Below, piece after piece: positions 1-13,684 of a stretch of 64,000 bases of DNA; positions within the stretch are counted from its first letter, which is position 1, and each line of letters opens with the position of its first letter. The stretch comes from Octopus sinensis (lineage: Eukaryota): NCBI RefSeq assembly GCF_006345805.1, contig NC_043003.1, positions 51,088,001 to 51,152,000 of the forward strand, in the 5' to 3' direction. The notes under the pieces are model-generated. The model ran no database searches. It was given only the letters and a program-made list of their open reading frames with translations, and was not told the origin of the DNA. A program made the translations under genes and the position numbers.

Positions 1-792
1 ACAAAAACATTCTTAAATTAAAAATCATTAAGTATATTTTTGAAATCTTTAAAAAACAGACTGATACAAATCTTTTGTGTCATTCTAAGTTTTAAAGATT
101 TTTTTTTACATAAAATTAATTTGTAATTTAAGAAAATCTTTCTTCAAATGTGTGTGTGTGCTCGCGCGCGCGAGCATGCGTCTGTGTGCGTGTCTGGGTG
201 TTTGCGCGCGCGCATGCGTACGTGCCACTTTCTCACTAAAAAGAAATTGTCAAGGGAGATAACTTTCTATTTTGCTGCTTTTTATATTGTACTTGTTTCC
301 CTTGCAACATTTTTATTGCAATAACGTAAATAATTATTTTCTACTCAACATAAGAGCATTTTCTCAAAGTTCAGCCGTATATCAGACGAGCTACAACAGA
401 ACCACTCCTGAGTTTCCTGTTAATCAATAAGTTTGAGGCATCAACAGGTTTTTCAAACTGGAGATGATTCTCATGACTTTAACCTCCTCAGCTCAACAGA
501 AAGCCATAGTTGCAATCAACTCAAAAACAAGCAAAACACTCTTCGACAATATAGTCTTCTCGACACACTAATAAAATATTTTAGTCCTGAATTTGGACAG
601 TCGAGTGGTTAGATCAATAACCGTAAGTCCGAGAAATCGTATTTTGCTAGACTCATTGTTATGGATTTTATATGTATTATATTAATGCTTGGTTTTATGT
701 TCAATTATAACTAAGAACAATTTTACATTAATCAGAGGCGTTCCACTATATTTTTGTAAAGTATAAATTTCTTCTTCTTAAACATGAATATT

Positions 793-839
793 GACAGTGA
801 CTTCGAAGTTACGGCCAACTAAGCCATCATCGGACTGCC
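793..839 (-). ncRNA. Degenerate type I hammerhead motif in a Penelope-like terminal repeat
   Basis: ggcagt-CCGATGA-tggcttagttggcc-GTAA-cttcgaa-GTC/actgtc. Stem I is 6 bp and stem III is the palindrome ACTTCGAAGT; there are two core changes. Confidence 0.5.
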
Positions 840-854
840 TACGATGGCTTAAGA

Positions 855-885
<31 letters not shown>

Positions 886-944
886 TACATACATACATAC
901 ATACATACATACATACATACATACATACATACATACATACATAC

Positions 945-1827
945 ACAAGGTGCAATGGGTAAATTGTCGCCGTTTTATATTTTTAATTTCGTGTATGTGC
1001 ATTGATTGCTTTTGATTCTGTCGACTACACAGTATTGTAGGGTCAGTTGGACACAGTTTCTGAGAAAGGCAGCATCATGACGCGATTCACTCTGCAAGAA
1101 ATTCGGAAACGACATGCTCTACTGCTTGGCATTCGCGCCGGAAGCTCCCCCTATCAACAGATGGGGAACATAGAACATCCGTTGGCTTGCCGTGTCCTCA
1201 AAACATGTACCGAGAGTGATAAAAATCAAACATCCAGTCAACATCATGGTGTTTGGAGAGATCACTAATGATGGCGACGTTATGCCTCCATTCAACTTCC
1301 CACACGGCCTCAAACTCGACACGGAGGCCTACATCAAGTGCCTGGAGGAGGTAGCGCAGGCCTGGATCAAGAGGGTAGCTGCTGGAAGACCCTGGCAACA
1401 CGACTCTGCACGATGCCACACAAGCAGGAGGACCCAGTCATGGCTGTCAGACAATTTTTGCGACCACATCGCCCCTGACATCTAGCCACCAAACGCCCCA
1501 GACTGTAATGCCCTTGGTTATTATGTGTGGGGCACAACTGAGCGAGAGACCAACAAAACTCCTTGTAACACCAAAGATGAACTGAAGGCAAGGATTACAG
1601 CAGCATTCACCAACTTAAACAAGGAGACCGTTCAGAAGAGTTGCAGGAAATTCTGAAATCGCCTGGAGGCCATGGTTGAAGCCAATGGCGATTTTATTGA
1701 AAAAATTTACTCTTCAGTATTTCAAGATATTTTTATGTAATATTGGTAAATATATCTATTAAAATGAGATGTCATTGTTATTTTCATTTTTGCGTAATTT
1801 AGACGACAATATATTCACCACATCCTG

Positions 1828-1829
<2 letters not shown>
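945..1829 (+). mobile_element. Tc1/mariner-superfamily remnant (maT/DD37D-like), internally deleted
   Basis: KHPVNIMVFG..WQHDSARCH..PPNAPDCNALGYYVWG; imperfect TIRs between TA-rich microsatellites. Confidence 0.8.
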
Positions 1830-1889
<60 letters not shown>

Positions 1890-1940
1890 GTATGTATATA
1901 TATATATGTATGTATATATATGTATATATATATATGTATA

Positions 1941-1976
<36 letters not shown>

Positions 1977-2335
1977 TATATGTATGTATGTATTATGTAT
2001 GTACGTATGTATGTATGTATGTATAATATGGAAGAATAGGTGCATTGAGCAAAAAGATTTTTTGTGATATTTGGTTGAATATGACACCCACTCAACTTTG
2101 CCTTTCTTTCTCGATAACATAAAGTAAATATCAGCAAAATTAATTGTGATCAATACAATCGACCAAAACGTTTGAAGGCATGGCCGCAACCCCACAACTG
2201 AAACTCTAAAAGGATTTTTTTTTAATATTTGAATACTACACAAAAGAAATGGGAAGAAAAGAAAAGAAAAGAAAAGTTCAGTGTAAGTAGAATTAAGAAA
2301 TCTGCTTAGGATGTTAATGATGTCATAAGATTTAC

Positions 2336-2459
2336 CTCTAAAGGTGTACTGCTGAACGAGAGATCTGTATATCCCACAATATCACTGAAGAACACTGATA
2401 CACAATCAAATGATTCCGGTTCTACAGGTTTACCGAGCTTCAGTTGGTTTGCAATTGAT
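2336..2459 (-). CDS. Receptor GC, first cyclase-domain exon (SIANQLKLGKPVEPESFDCVSVFFSDIVGYTDLSFSSTPLE)
   Basis: cttttcAG / GTAAAT, phase 2/0, 124 nt; FSDIVG metal-binding motif. No further cyclase exon was seen in 1-2335. Confidence 0.95.
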
Positions 2460-2885
2460 CTGAAAAGAACAAATATTAATGTTGATTTTGTGGACACCTT
2501 TTTGCAGTCTTATCCTTTTATTTATTTATTTATTTTTTTTTTTATGGTGCAGTAATCAATATACCATATCAATGTAAGGTGCTCTAATGGTCAGGCTGGC
2601 CATTTATTTATATCTGCACACGCATGTCTGTAAAAGGGGCTTGTGTGCGTGTGTCTGTTTGTGTGTGCGTGTATGTGTGGTGTGTGTGTGTGTGTGTGTG
2701 TAGATTGGCAATTGCCCTTGCATCAAAGTCTCCTACTTTCCACGCCTCCAATGTTGTTCGATAAATGCAACTGAATGTAAACAAATATCTGAAGCAGGTG
2801 GAGAGCCGGAAATTGTAGAGCACCGAACTAAATCCCTTCAAGACATCTACATTCAAATTCCACTAGACAGGAGAATCTCAATTTT

Positions 2886-2956
<71 letters not shown>

Positions 2957-4348
2957 GTATATCTCTCTATCTCCTTCCCTCCCTCTCTCCTCTCCCATCA
3001 ACAGTATCGACATTAATGCCAACAGCAACAGCCCAACTATCTTACCCTTTTTGGGAAATTGGGTGTTACACAGAAATGGTACGAATAGGACGTAAGTTTT
3101 AAACCAATTAAACTTTCACATGGATCACTTAGAGAAAAGCAGTTCTCTACTGTTTGTGACAGAGATACTCTATATTCAATGAGTTTTTCACTTACCGATC
3201 TCATGTTAGAGAGGGACTGAAAACATTCAACAGGCAACAAGAAAAGTGGCATGTTCGCAAATGATGACTAACCTCTCCAACTAAACCTTCATCCATCCCG
3301 TCTAGGACCGAATATGTAAATGTATATATCAAGGGCTGAAATATACAGTCAAGGATTTTCTAATGAAGGAGAAGCTGATCATTATAGGTTCTGATGGACA
3401 ACCATAAACCGAAATTTCAGTACTGAGCCATAAAGCCTTTAGTTAGAAAAGTTTGAAAAGGAAGAATTAATGCAACAACACTAACAACAGCTGGACTGTT
3501 CGTGCAAAGGAGATCAAGACTTAAGCAACTCCAGATCATTCTTCAGGTTAAAATATTTTAGAAAGATCTGCTGATGTATATTTACATGTGAGCTCTGCTC
3601 GAAAAGACTTATGATCTTATTCCATCCTAGCTTATTCCATCCTAGCTTTTTGCACAACTACAAATCATTGTCCAAAGTGTCCTTTTTTTAAAACGGTGCA
3701 CGTTTGTAGGAATTCGATCGACCACAGAGTTTTATCTCAGTGATTGGAAAGGAGGATTTCATTTTTATAGGCGGCAAGAATATACGATTAACGGATTGTA
3801 TCGTTCTTGTACAATGTTAAACTTCTAAGTCTCCGGTAAGCAAAACCTTTAGAATGAAGTAAAAAAAAGCAGAAAGAAAGAATTTTCGAGTCCCAGAACT
3901 CCGTTGCCTTTTGATAATTTATTCATTTATTTATTTATATATCTGTTTCAACGAGCTTGGTTACCTTTAGATGCTACACATGGGTATCAGCCTAGCATAT
4001 CTGATAGCATATTCTTAGTCATAAACACATACGCATTACCATCAAAAGATACGGCATTAACACCATCACCACCATGAAACACCATATTAAGTCATTTAAT
4101 CCATCGCTCAATTTAGCATGTTCACTTGGCCATTAGATGGCTTTAGCAGGATCCACTCTGCTGCAGGTATTCGGGAAGCAGGTCTCTAGTTTGAGCATAG
4201 ATGCACTTCTTACACCAACAACTCATGTGTAATGATTTCATCTAATTTTTTTGTCTCCATCAGTCTCGACAACTTTGCAAACATCATGGCCGTGACCCTT
4301 TTTCCTCTGATGCGATATTTAAAGAAACAAGCCCAGTTATATACTTAC

Positions 4349-4495
4349 GATGGTAGAATTTGATGTAAGAGTGTTTCCAATTTCTTTCGCTCTGTTTCCA
4401 GCTGTACAGTTCGTTCGTCAACCAAGGACTGTAAGTTTGAAGCATACATTTCCATTCTTCCCAAAAGAGTCTCCATTATGTCTTTATCTTTCCCT
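4349..4495 (-). CDS. Receptor GC dimerisation-helix exon (GKDKDIMETLLGRMEMYASNLQSLVDERT...LLHQILP)
   Basis: AG / GTAAGT, phase 2/2, 147 nt; RME.YA.NL..LV.ERT motif. Confidence 0.95.
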
Positions 4496-5511
4496 CTATA
4501 AATTGAAAATAAGACTTGAATTACAGCATGGAAGACGCACAAACGTCATTAATATATCATGAACAACAAAGGCGACGAACTGGCGGAATCATTAGCTCGC
4601 TGGACAAACTGCATAGCGGCATTTCGTCCGTCTTTTCGTTCTGAGTTCAAATTCTTTCTTTCATCATTTCAGCGCCGATAAAATAAGTATCAGCTGAGTA
4701 TTGGAGTCGATGTATTCGACTTATCCTCTGCCCCTAAATTGCTGGCCTTGTACCGAAATTTGAAACCAATTTATTATGAATTGTATATAAGATTAGCGTA
4801 AAAAGAATACTACACATTTTGGCCCTCAACGTATACATCTTGTATTAATTTAACCAATTAGTAAAACATTAGCTATCTCTAAAGCCTCCTGGTCCAGATA
4901 CAAGTCTATATCATGAATTATTCTCAACAAAAGAGCCGCTAAATGATCGCCCGTTTTGTAAAATTTAGCAGCTAAATCTACCCCAAATTACACCTTACAA
5001 ACGTAAAGAAAAGAACTCATGGATATGATTCTGGGTTCGCTGCACATAGGAAAAGACAAGATTGTCACGAGTGAAATACTTTTGGTCATAGGTCAGTTCG
5101 GTCAAAGGATTAAACAACGACAAGCCACTACTAAAATATATGGGTTCCTAATTTAGACAACCAGGTGAACTAAACACGAGAAATAAATCCTAGTCCTACA
5201 CCGGATGCCAGTTTATTACAAGCAACATTCCTAAATGATTTGGTATCAATCCTGGCAGCTAAGTGAACGAAGTGAACAGAGTAGAAAATACAGCATTAGG
5301 TGCAGACGTTGCTCTGTGGTAAAAAAAGGAAAAAAGTTTGCTTCCCAACCATATGGTCCCGGGTTCAGAGCCACTGCGAGGCACCTAGGGCAAGTGTCTC
5401 CTACTATAGCTCCGGGCCGACCAAAGTTTTGTGAATGAATTTAGTTGATAGAAACTGAAAGAAGACCGTCGTAGGTAGATGCATAAATAGACAGACACAC
5501 AGACAAAAGAC

Positions 5512-5544
<33 letters not shown>

Positions 5545-5545
5545 T

Positions 5546-5599
<54 letters not shown>

Positions 5600-5660
5600 G
5601 TGTATCTGTCTTTGTATTTGTCTCCCACGACCCCTTAACAACTGGTATTAAGACTAATAA

Positions 5661-5890
5661 GGCGGCGAGCTGGTAGAAACGTTAGCACGCCGGGCGAAAT
5701 GCTTAGCGGTATTTCGTCTGCGTTACGTTGTGAGTTCAAATTCCGCCGAGGTCGACTTTGCCTTTCATCCTTTCGGGGTCGATAAATTAAGTACCAGTTA
5801 CGCACTGGGGTCGATGTAATCGACTTAATACCTATGTCTGTCCTTGTTTGTCCCCTCTATGTTTAGCCCCTTGTGGGTAATAAAGAAATA
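5661..5890 (+). mobile_element. Full-length tRNA-derived SINE (Nin-domain-like) with a 17-bp target-site duplication
   Basis: TSD ggtattaagactaataa at 5644-5660 and 5891-5907; body gtcgactttgcctttcatcctttcggggtcgataaattaagtacc. Many other copies, e.g. about 4570, 10040, 27520, 32960 and 55000-55500. Confidence 0.9.
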
Positions 5891-6179
5891 GGTATTAAGA
5901 CTAATAAATTTGTATTCTACAAAAGTATAGAGTAACCCATCAGATTAATGTAAAATTGTTTTTTATCATAAATGTGCGTCGAATAAAAAACAGTTTTGTT
6001 TGGTTAAGTCTTGCTTACTTCCCTTTACCTCCATGTCTTCTTTGCTTTTCGTTGTCCTTCAATGTCGATAATAAAATTAGTACTAGACAAAATACAAGGG
6101 ATAAACCTTTGAAAACGGGCTCCATGTGGCTGAAGTTTAATAATTGAAACAAGCAAAATCATGAAAGAATTATACTTAC

Positions 6180-6342
6180 TTATTCTTGGACTTAATGATA
6201 TTTAAGATTATTTTCAAATCAGGTCTATCGTCTGGATTTTCCCTCCAGCATTTTTGTATCAATTCGCAAAAAAATTCGGATGGTGTCTCCAAAGTGGGGC
6301 GAAATGGAGGTTTCAGACCAGCTTCAACTCTGCTTACGATTT
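6180..6342 (-). CDS. Receptor GC exon, end of kinase-homology domain (EIVSRVEAGLKPPFRP...CWRENPDDRPD...)
   Basis: AG / GTAAGT, phase 1/2, 163 nt; PFRP and CW.E.P..RP motifs. Confidence 0.95.
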
Positions 6343-6566
6343 CTATATAAAATTAAAGTTAAATATAACTTGTAGTTATTCAATTGGTAGACTTCAAAGT
6401 TGAAATCATAAATTACAGATAAATGAATGGAAGAACATCATACTACAATCCCACTACATGACACTTTGAACAGATGTCTATGTTCCAGGGTCCCGGGCTA
6501 TCAAATGCTTTGTGAGTAAATTTAATAGACGGGAAGGCATGAATTGTGTGAAAGCCGTCGCGTGCG

Positions 6567-6615
<49 letters not shown>

Positions 6616-6617
<2 letters not shown>

Positions 6618-7003
6618 AAACTATAAATAAGGGTATCTGAGAGATACCACCATGCCGAAGTAGCAGTCAAGACCCCGACTCAAAAAACCACCTTAAATGT
6701 TCATATCGCGCTATGAGATAAGACAGAGAGACAAAATTATTGGAAGCAAAGCCAGAAATCCAGGATCTTGAATTATCCAGTAAAATATTTTTTGCTAGTT
6801 TATTTTGTCTCTCTGTCTTATCTCATGGCGCGATCTGAACATTTAAGGTGGTTCTTGGAGTCGGGGTCTTGACTGCTATTTCGGCATGGTGGTATCTCTC
6901 AGATACCCTTATTTATAGTTTTAAATAATTATTACCTTTGTATGGTATTTATTCCCATGCTGACCACTTGATAAGATCGATATTTAAATATCGATATTAT
7001 CCT
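6616..7003. mobile_element. Fold-back element in (TA)n with a conserved 80-bp tail
   Basis: 122-bp inverted arms at 6616-6737 and 6802-6923. The tail ttacctttg..ggt..tattcccatgctg.ccacttgataagatc..ttatcctta recurs at 21300-21383 and, more diverged, at 22610-22690. Confidence 0.7.
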
Positions 7004-7026
7004 TATATATATATATATATATATAT

Positions 7027-7402
7027 ACTAGCAGTATCGCCCGGCGTTGCTCAGGTTTGTAAGGGAAATAACTATAAAGCATTTTTAGAGAGTTATAGCC
7101 AAAAAATAGGAAAAAAATGATGGTAAATTTTCTTTTGAGATTTAAAAAAGGTAGAGTTGCGTCCCCTAGACAGTTTGTGGTTCGTATTCCTGATTCTCGA
7201 CCCCATGTCGAATTTATCGATTTTTTTCAGAACTGGGGGAACTTTTCAAAATTTTCGCTGCGTTAGTTTTGAATTATGACATTGGGCTATGTGTGTGTCA
7301 AGTTTCATCAGAATCGGTTGAAAGCCGTGGTCAGGGTGAGGGTACAAGCAAACAGACACACAGAAACACGCACAGACAAACTGCCGTTTATATAGAGAGA
7401 GA
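7027..7402 (+). mobile_element. Non-autonomous Helitron/Helentron-like element
   Basis: 5' actag..gcccggcgttgc and 3' aagtttcat..aatcgg..(acag/acac)..tttatatagaga. Similar 3' ends occur at about 52680-52780 and 60060-60140. Confidence 0.5.
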
Positions 7403-8651
7403 TATATATAAGTGTCTTTGCATTTTCTCTCCTACCATTTGACAATTGGAGGTTTGTGCCTTAAAGTTAGTTCCGAGGTCCAAATGTTCGACTAGACCCT
7501 TCAAGGCCCACAAATGACCGACCGCAGTACACCGACTGAAGCAAGAATATAATTGTTCCTAATTTGGTCTCAAGTTAAACAATATGGAGGTGAGGCATTA
7601 GTCGATACCATCGACCCTAGTACTTGATCGGTACTGAATTTCATCAACCCGAATGTTTGAAAGGCAATGTTGACCTCGGCGAGATTTGGGCCCAGAATAT
7701 AAAGGAACGAAAAAATACTGCAAGACACTTCTTCCGACATTTTAACGATTCTACGGATCTACCTGAAGACAGTGATCCTGTAGATGGCATGTTAAAGAGG
7801 TTTTGTAAAGCAATACACTTGAGCGGTTTCTCATTATTATTCTTTACGCAGACGCGATGAGAATATTTTAATGAATAGTCTTTGTAGAATAAACCAAGGA
7901 GAATACACTTAAGTATTCTAGGTATTCTATTACAGTATTGATGCCTAAACATTTGCATCCAGTTCACCTGGAAAACTAACGATTTAACTCCTCATACGAA
8001 TGGGAAAGGAAAATCCAGTTTAAATGTATAGTAAATTGCACCTTATAAACAACTCGTGGATCTTTTAGATAAAAAAATAAAACTTAGTCTTTGTTTTGTG
8101 ATTTAAGAAGCCATACTTAATTGTTGTCTTTTCCCAAACTTGTGAAAGGAACTGAGCTTCGTATCGCAGCTTAATAGAGTGCTTGTTAAATATACAGTGA
8201 CATAACAGTAAAGTAGCAGAAGCTATGAGGGCGGCGGCAAAAATGTCACAGTTCTTTCCGTTCCAAGTTCAAATGCCGCCAAATGCAATTTTGCCTTTCG
8301 GACTTTACGCATCGATAAAAAAAAAGTACCACTCAACTATTAAGGTCAATAAAAGCTCAAAATACAAAGACTCAGTTATCTTCAGAAGTAACTAATGCAT
8401 GTTCGTGATGCCTCTTGATATTGTGGTGATTCCTTGGAAGCTTGATTGTTCATTTATGCAGCTCAGTTTCATATATAATATTCTAACCATGAATTCTAGT
8501 TGGCGCCCTGTCATTTAGTCCAACGTGTCTCTCTAATTTCAATGTGCTTTGTACTGAAACACTCACGCTAATAGACACACTCAAACACTCACACGTTCCT
8601 TAACAAACAAAAAACTACTTTTAGAGAATGTGAAAAGAAATGATAATATAC

Positions 8652-8804
8652 CTTCTTCAGTTAAAGTCGAACTTTCAGATTCAAATGGGAGACACTCATA
8701 AAGTATTTCCTGCATAATGATACCTACTGAATAGACATCGCCTTTCTGTGAGCCTCGTACTGGCATCGTAGATCTGAGATGTTCTGGAGCTCGCCATAAC
8801 AGTT
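8652..8804 (-). CDS. Receptor GC kinase-homology exon (KLLWRAPEHLR...GSQKGDVYSVGIIMQEI...LPF)
   Basis: AG / GTATAT, phase 1/1, 153 nt; LW.APE and KGDVYS motifs. Confidence 0.95.
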
Positions 8805-9422
8805 CTGAAATTACAACTCTTTGATTTAGACAAAAAAATTTTCATGCTGTTGTAACTCAGTAATCTTCAACATAGCACTAAAAAATTGTAATGAAATTAT
8901 CTGATATATCTGAGACAAAGATGAAATGAGTAAAAACAAGCTTAAAACGTTTCTATTTTCTGCTTCACTAGTAACAAATTATGGAGGATAATAATATTCA
9001 GTAAGAGAAAATTGGGAATTAGAATTGTTATTGTTGTCCAGTCTCCGAGTCAGCTCTGATGCGAATAGCTGGACGCAATCCATACAACTATTTTTCATGT
9101 TATTCCATGCCTCCGGTCAGCTGAGGACCACACTGCATACTCCAGCATGTAATGAGGGATCGTATAAAGTGTTAGTGTTACAGTCTGTACGTTTCACTAT
9201 AAATACTATGCAGTCTACCTTCTTTTCTTTGCGTCCGCATATACAAACGATGTCGACACAGAGGTGGGCAAAGAGCATTTGGTCAGAGTGCACCGATGCT
9301 TTTCCTTTTCAAATGCATTGGCGGTAGAATGAAGCGAAATAATTACAAGTAGTTGACCTCAAATCGAGAACCCGGAAACATTACTAACGTATTATGTTCG
9401 AGATTACACACACGCGCGCGCG

Positions 9423-9522
<100 letters not shown>

Positions 9523-9820
9523 GTGGAGGTGCAATGGCTCAGTGGTTAGGGCAGCGGACTTGCGGTCGTAGGATCGCGGTTTCGATTCCCAGACCGGGCG
9601 TTGTGAGTGTTTATTGAGCGAAAACACCTTAAAGCTCCACGAAGCTCCGGTAGGGGGTGGTGACCCCTGCTGTACTCTTTCTTTCACTCTTTCTTCTGTT
9701 GGCCTGCTCGCTTAGCCAGCGGGGTGGCGTCATTTGAAGGCTAAAACAATGCGAACGCATTGTGACCAGCGATGTGTAACAACGTCTGATGGTCTGGTCA
9801 GTCATATGATCATGTGATAT
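9523..9820 (+). mobile_element. tRNA-derived SINE, third family (head ggaggYgcaatggcYcagtggttagggcagcggact), tail type A
   Basis: A/B-box-like head; the same head and tail occur at 18262-18562. Confidence 0.85.
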
Positions 9821-10548
9821 ATATACATATATTCTCATATTCTCATTACTGCCTGTACTCGGCTAACGGTTCGTTCTGAAGCATGTGTATATTGAGTTCT
9901 ACACTAGGTTATTCGCCGTGCAATGCCTAAACAAGATCATATATATATATATATATAAACTAATAAAGAATTTAATCGTCGGCGAAACACTAGCGAAAAG
10001 TCCGTATAAATACAATTAAAGGTATGTGATAAAACACGAACTGGCAGAATCGTTAGCACGCCGAGCGAAATGCGTAGCCGTATTTCGTCTGCCGTTACGT
10101 TCTGCGTTCAAATTCCGCCGAGGTCAACATTGCCTTTCATCCTTCCGGGGTCGATAAATAAAGTACCGGTTACGCACTGTGGTCGATGTAATCGACTTAA
10201 TCCCTTTGTCTGTCTTTGTTTGTCCCCTCTATGTTTAGCCCCTTGTGGGCAATAAAGAAATATATAATGATGGTCATATTTATTGGTTATCAGGAGGTGT
10301 CATGGCCGTGTGATTAAGAATTTCGCTGCTAAGTTTGATGCCATTTAGCAGTGCCTCGGGAAAGTATCTTATAGCATAGCCCAAGGTTAAACAATGCCTT
10401 GTGAGAAAAATTATATAACGGAGACTGTGCAAAACCTTATTGTTTTGTATATGTTTGGCTGTGTGTGTGTGTGTGTGTGTGGCAGAAATATGTACAAATC
10501 GGCGGGAAAATTACGGATAAAGCAACTACATTGAGCAAAAAGACTAAC

Positions 10549-10711
10549 TTTTGTATTCCTCACTGAACTTCGGAGGGTAGATATTCTGTTTATAGAGCTG
10601 ACCAAGTCCATAGTCAGAGACCTTTAATACGAAGCGTCCATCAATAACACAGTTGGAAGAGGTTAACCGTCCGTGCGACTTTATATCAGAATCGTGCAGA
10701 AAGATCATTCC
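10549..10711 (-). CDS. Receptor GC kinase-homology exon ([36 protein letters not shown]...EEYK)
   Basis: AG / GTTAGT, phase 0/1, 163 nt; HG.L.SSNC..D.RFVLK..DYGL pseudokinase motif. This frame is not in the ORF track. Confidence 0.95.
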
Positions 10712-11133
10712 CTTAATGAAAAAAACAAAAAGAAAAATATATTATTCTGTATGAAAATTTTTGTAGCTCTAATTAATGGAACTGTGTCAGTGATCAGGCC
10801 GCAAATTGAGCAACGAAAGTTTTAACACCAAATGTTAAGTATTTGAGCGAAGATAAGTTTGTCTTAATGGCTGACATGCGTTTTCCACACTGCAATTGCT
10901 TTAGTTTCAACACTGTCTCACATCAAATCACCAGACAATTACATGTACGGAAAAGAATTTTAAAAAGAAAGGAAGAAAATATACAGACTGAGACGGAATA
11001 ATTGCAACAGAAAAAATCTCCAAAATTTCTTTATTAAACTGAATGATTTGGGGAAGAAAAGCCTTTTAAATTCAAATAATTATTTACAATTTTTCGTTTC
11101 ATTATTCCTTTATATGTCTTTAGATCATAAACA

Positions 11134-11405
11134 GTGGAGGCGCAATGGGCCAGTAGTTAGGGCAGCGGACTCGCGGTCGGAGGATCGCGGTTTTGATTCC
11201 CAGACCGGGCGTTGTGTGTGTTTATTGAGCGAAAAAACCTAAAGCTCCACGAGGCTCCGTGGTGGCGACTCTTCTTGTACTCTTTCGCCCCGACTTTCTC
11301 TCATTCTTCCTGTTTCTTGAGAAACGCTGCGATGGACTGGCGTCCCGTCCAGTAGGGAATCTGGGAAACTGGGTCCATGAGCCTGGCTAGGCTTGAAAAG
11401 GGCGC
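11134..11405 (+). mobile_element. Third-family SINE, tail type B
   Basis: Tail gcgatggactggcgtcccgtccag..gcctggctaggcttgaaaagggcg; also at 19295-19582 (minus) and 29367-29650. Confidence 0.85.
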
Positions 11406-11879
11406 AAAGAAAGAAAGATCATAAACAAACTCTGGCGCATTGCTCGACAAGCGGTATGTGCCTTTCAAGGAATACAAGGAATGAGAGAATACAAAAGAAG
11501 TTTCCTTATTGTCTTCTTTCAGTTATTATTTTACAAGACACCTTCTTATCCCCTTGATACACACAAGTTCTCCACACCCGTTTCGGAACTCAAAACTAAA
11601 ACCGCCAGCCAGAACCAATACCGTAAGACATTTTCTCCAATGTTCTGACAATTCCACCAGCCAGCTGCCCCTGGATGTGTTCTCTTATATTATCATCCCT
11701 GGAAGGTGAAAGGCTAGCAACGTCAATAAACCTATCCAGCCATCAATGTTTACTTCATTCTCAGAAATTCACTAACAATCGCTCTCTTCTTTAAAAAAAA
11801 AATGCAACAGCTTCTGGTTAATGTTGCAGAATTTTCCCATATCTAAACAAAGATTATTCAGTCTTGTAAATAGTATCTT

Positions 11880-12332
11880 CTTTCGTTAAAGTAGAGCACT
11901 CAGCCACTTCGATTTGAATGGATGTGCGGTGCTTTTTGAAAGACACTTTTTCCAGACAAGTAATTCTATAGAGCTAACTGGATCAATTGCTTGGTCACCC
12001 AGTTCGTCCGATCAGACATTATTGGACTATTTTTATGGAATCGTGTAAACCGTTGCATACTCATCGAAGTCACGTTATTTAAATGAGCTGAGAACCAGGA
12101 CCTTAGACGCATTCCATAAAATCACTGAACTGCTACAACAGAATGTCTTTGCCTATTTGGAAGAACCAGTTTGCAAGATGTGTCAAGAAACGTGGAAGTC
12201 ATGTTGAATGTTAAAAATGTTGGATGTATAGCGTAAAATCTGTAAAAATTGTTCCTACGGTGTAACTGTCGAATGCACATCCAAATTTATTAACGTCTAA
12301 AGTTGAACAAGGACTTTTTAAAACACCTTGTA
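11880..12332 (+). mobile_element. Highly decayed Tc1/mariner 3' fragment
   Basis: WSPSSSDQTLLDYF resembles WPPRSPDLTPLDYF; ends in caccttgta. Confidence 0.5.
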
Positions 12333-12358
12333 TATTAATAAAACCGTATTGAACTTAC

Positions 12359-12430
12359 CTTCACAAGATCTTTGATGAAAGAAATACGCAAATCTTGATC
12401 CAATGTGACTGTTTCGTTAGCAAAAAGATC
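12359..12430 (-). CDS. Receptor GC kinase-homology exon (DLFANETVTLDQDLRISFIKDLVK)
   Basis: AG / GTAAGT, phase 0/0, 72 nt. Confidence 0.92.
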
Positions 12431-13199
12431 CTATTGCAATTGAAAAAGATAGTGAGTAAGGATCTTTTTATATATTATCATAAACAACTGAGATTATATA
12501 TGTAAAAATGTATTTCGTTGCTATAAAAAGCAGGGAAGATCCTTCGGTCGGTGTGTTAAAGATTATCATTGATTCCTGTAGTTAAGGCTGATCAAAGAGT
12601 AGTGCTCAACTAGTTTCTTTAAGTTAAAGATTGCGATTGTCTTCAATTTCGTTCTGTATCAATAATTTCTTGTCTGAATTCTAATGCCAAAAGAGTCGAT
12701 ACGTCGTATAGTATTAAAGACGATGGGCAACTTCTGTGTAAAAATGACGTCATCTGTATAGTTTTAGATTATATGTATTCTGTCAGCGAACGGCATCAGC
12801 AAGCAACGATCTTTTACAATCCCGATATTTCACTTTGCTTTCAAGAACGTCCATTTTCACTTCTCTTTTCTATTGAGCTAGTTATTTCTGAGGTTATCAC
12901 TAAGGTGATCAGGGAATATTGTACCGGTTTTTAGTTTCTCCTTTCTAGGCTGTAAGCTCAGACACCATCCCGGTAGACTTTGCATCAGCTTTTGTTTGTT
13001 GAATGATCAATTGATTACAGTCCTTATCCAGCAAAATCTAAGCTTTGTATATCAAAAAAACAAACAAAGACTGATCCACCTAATGAGTGAGCCACTTTCA
13101 AAAAATAAAACCAAATCTCCCTCAAATCACTTTACTGTTCCAAAAAAGAATGGCCATATTAGATACTTTAATCTTGGACCGAACTTGTACGCAACATGA

Positions 13200-13652
13200 G
13201 TGGAGGCCCAATGGCCCAATGGTTAGGGCAGCGGACTTGCGGTCGTAAGTGAGTGTTTATTGAGCAAAAACACCAAAGCTCCATGAGGCTCCGGTGGAGG
13301 AGGATGGTGAACCCCCTTGTACTCTTTCACCACAACTTTCTCTCACTCTTTCTTCCTACTTCTGTCACAAAGCAGAGGAATCATGATGTAACCCATTATG
13401 GTGTGGTAAACTTTCAGATCCTAGTTAGATTGCGAATCCTCTGTACTCCAGGATGGTTCAGCTCTCTACCCGTTAAAAACCACCGTTTACGGAATGAGGA
13501 TAACAACCGCCAGTGTATCGCGTGTGGTGGGTGGATCTTCAAGTTGCCACACGCATTCTTTGTAGCTTAGAGTAGGCTCGAATTAGAGATTATTCTTTGT
13601 GGCTAATGGCGTGAGTCCTGATTAGAAGAAGAAGAAGAAGAAGAAGAAGAAG

Positions 13653-13682
<30 letters not shown>
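13200..13682 (+). mobile_element. Third-family SINE, tail type C ending in (GAA)n
   Basis: The same head and long tail occur at 52797-53312 (minus). Confidence 0.85.

Positions 13683-13684
<2 letters not shown>

Noticed and set aside
8826-8880. Minus-strand MLKITE resembling the kinase VLKITDFG motif
   Set aside because: It stops shortly afterwards and has no other motifs; the true exon is at 10549-10711.
9523-9600. tRNA genes at SINE heads
   Set aside because: The A/B-box-like heads run into SINE bodies and recur as dispersed, diverged copies.
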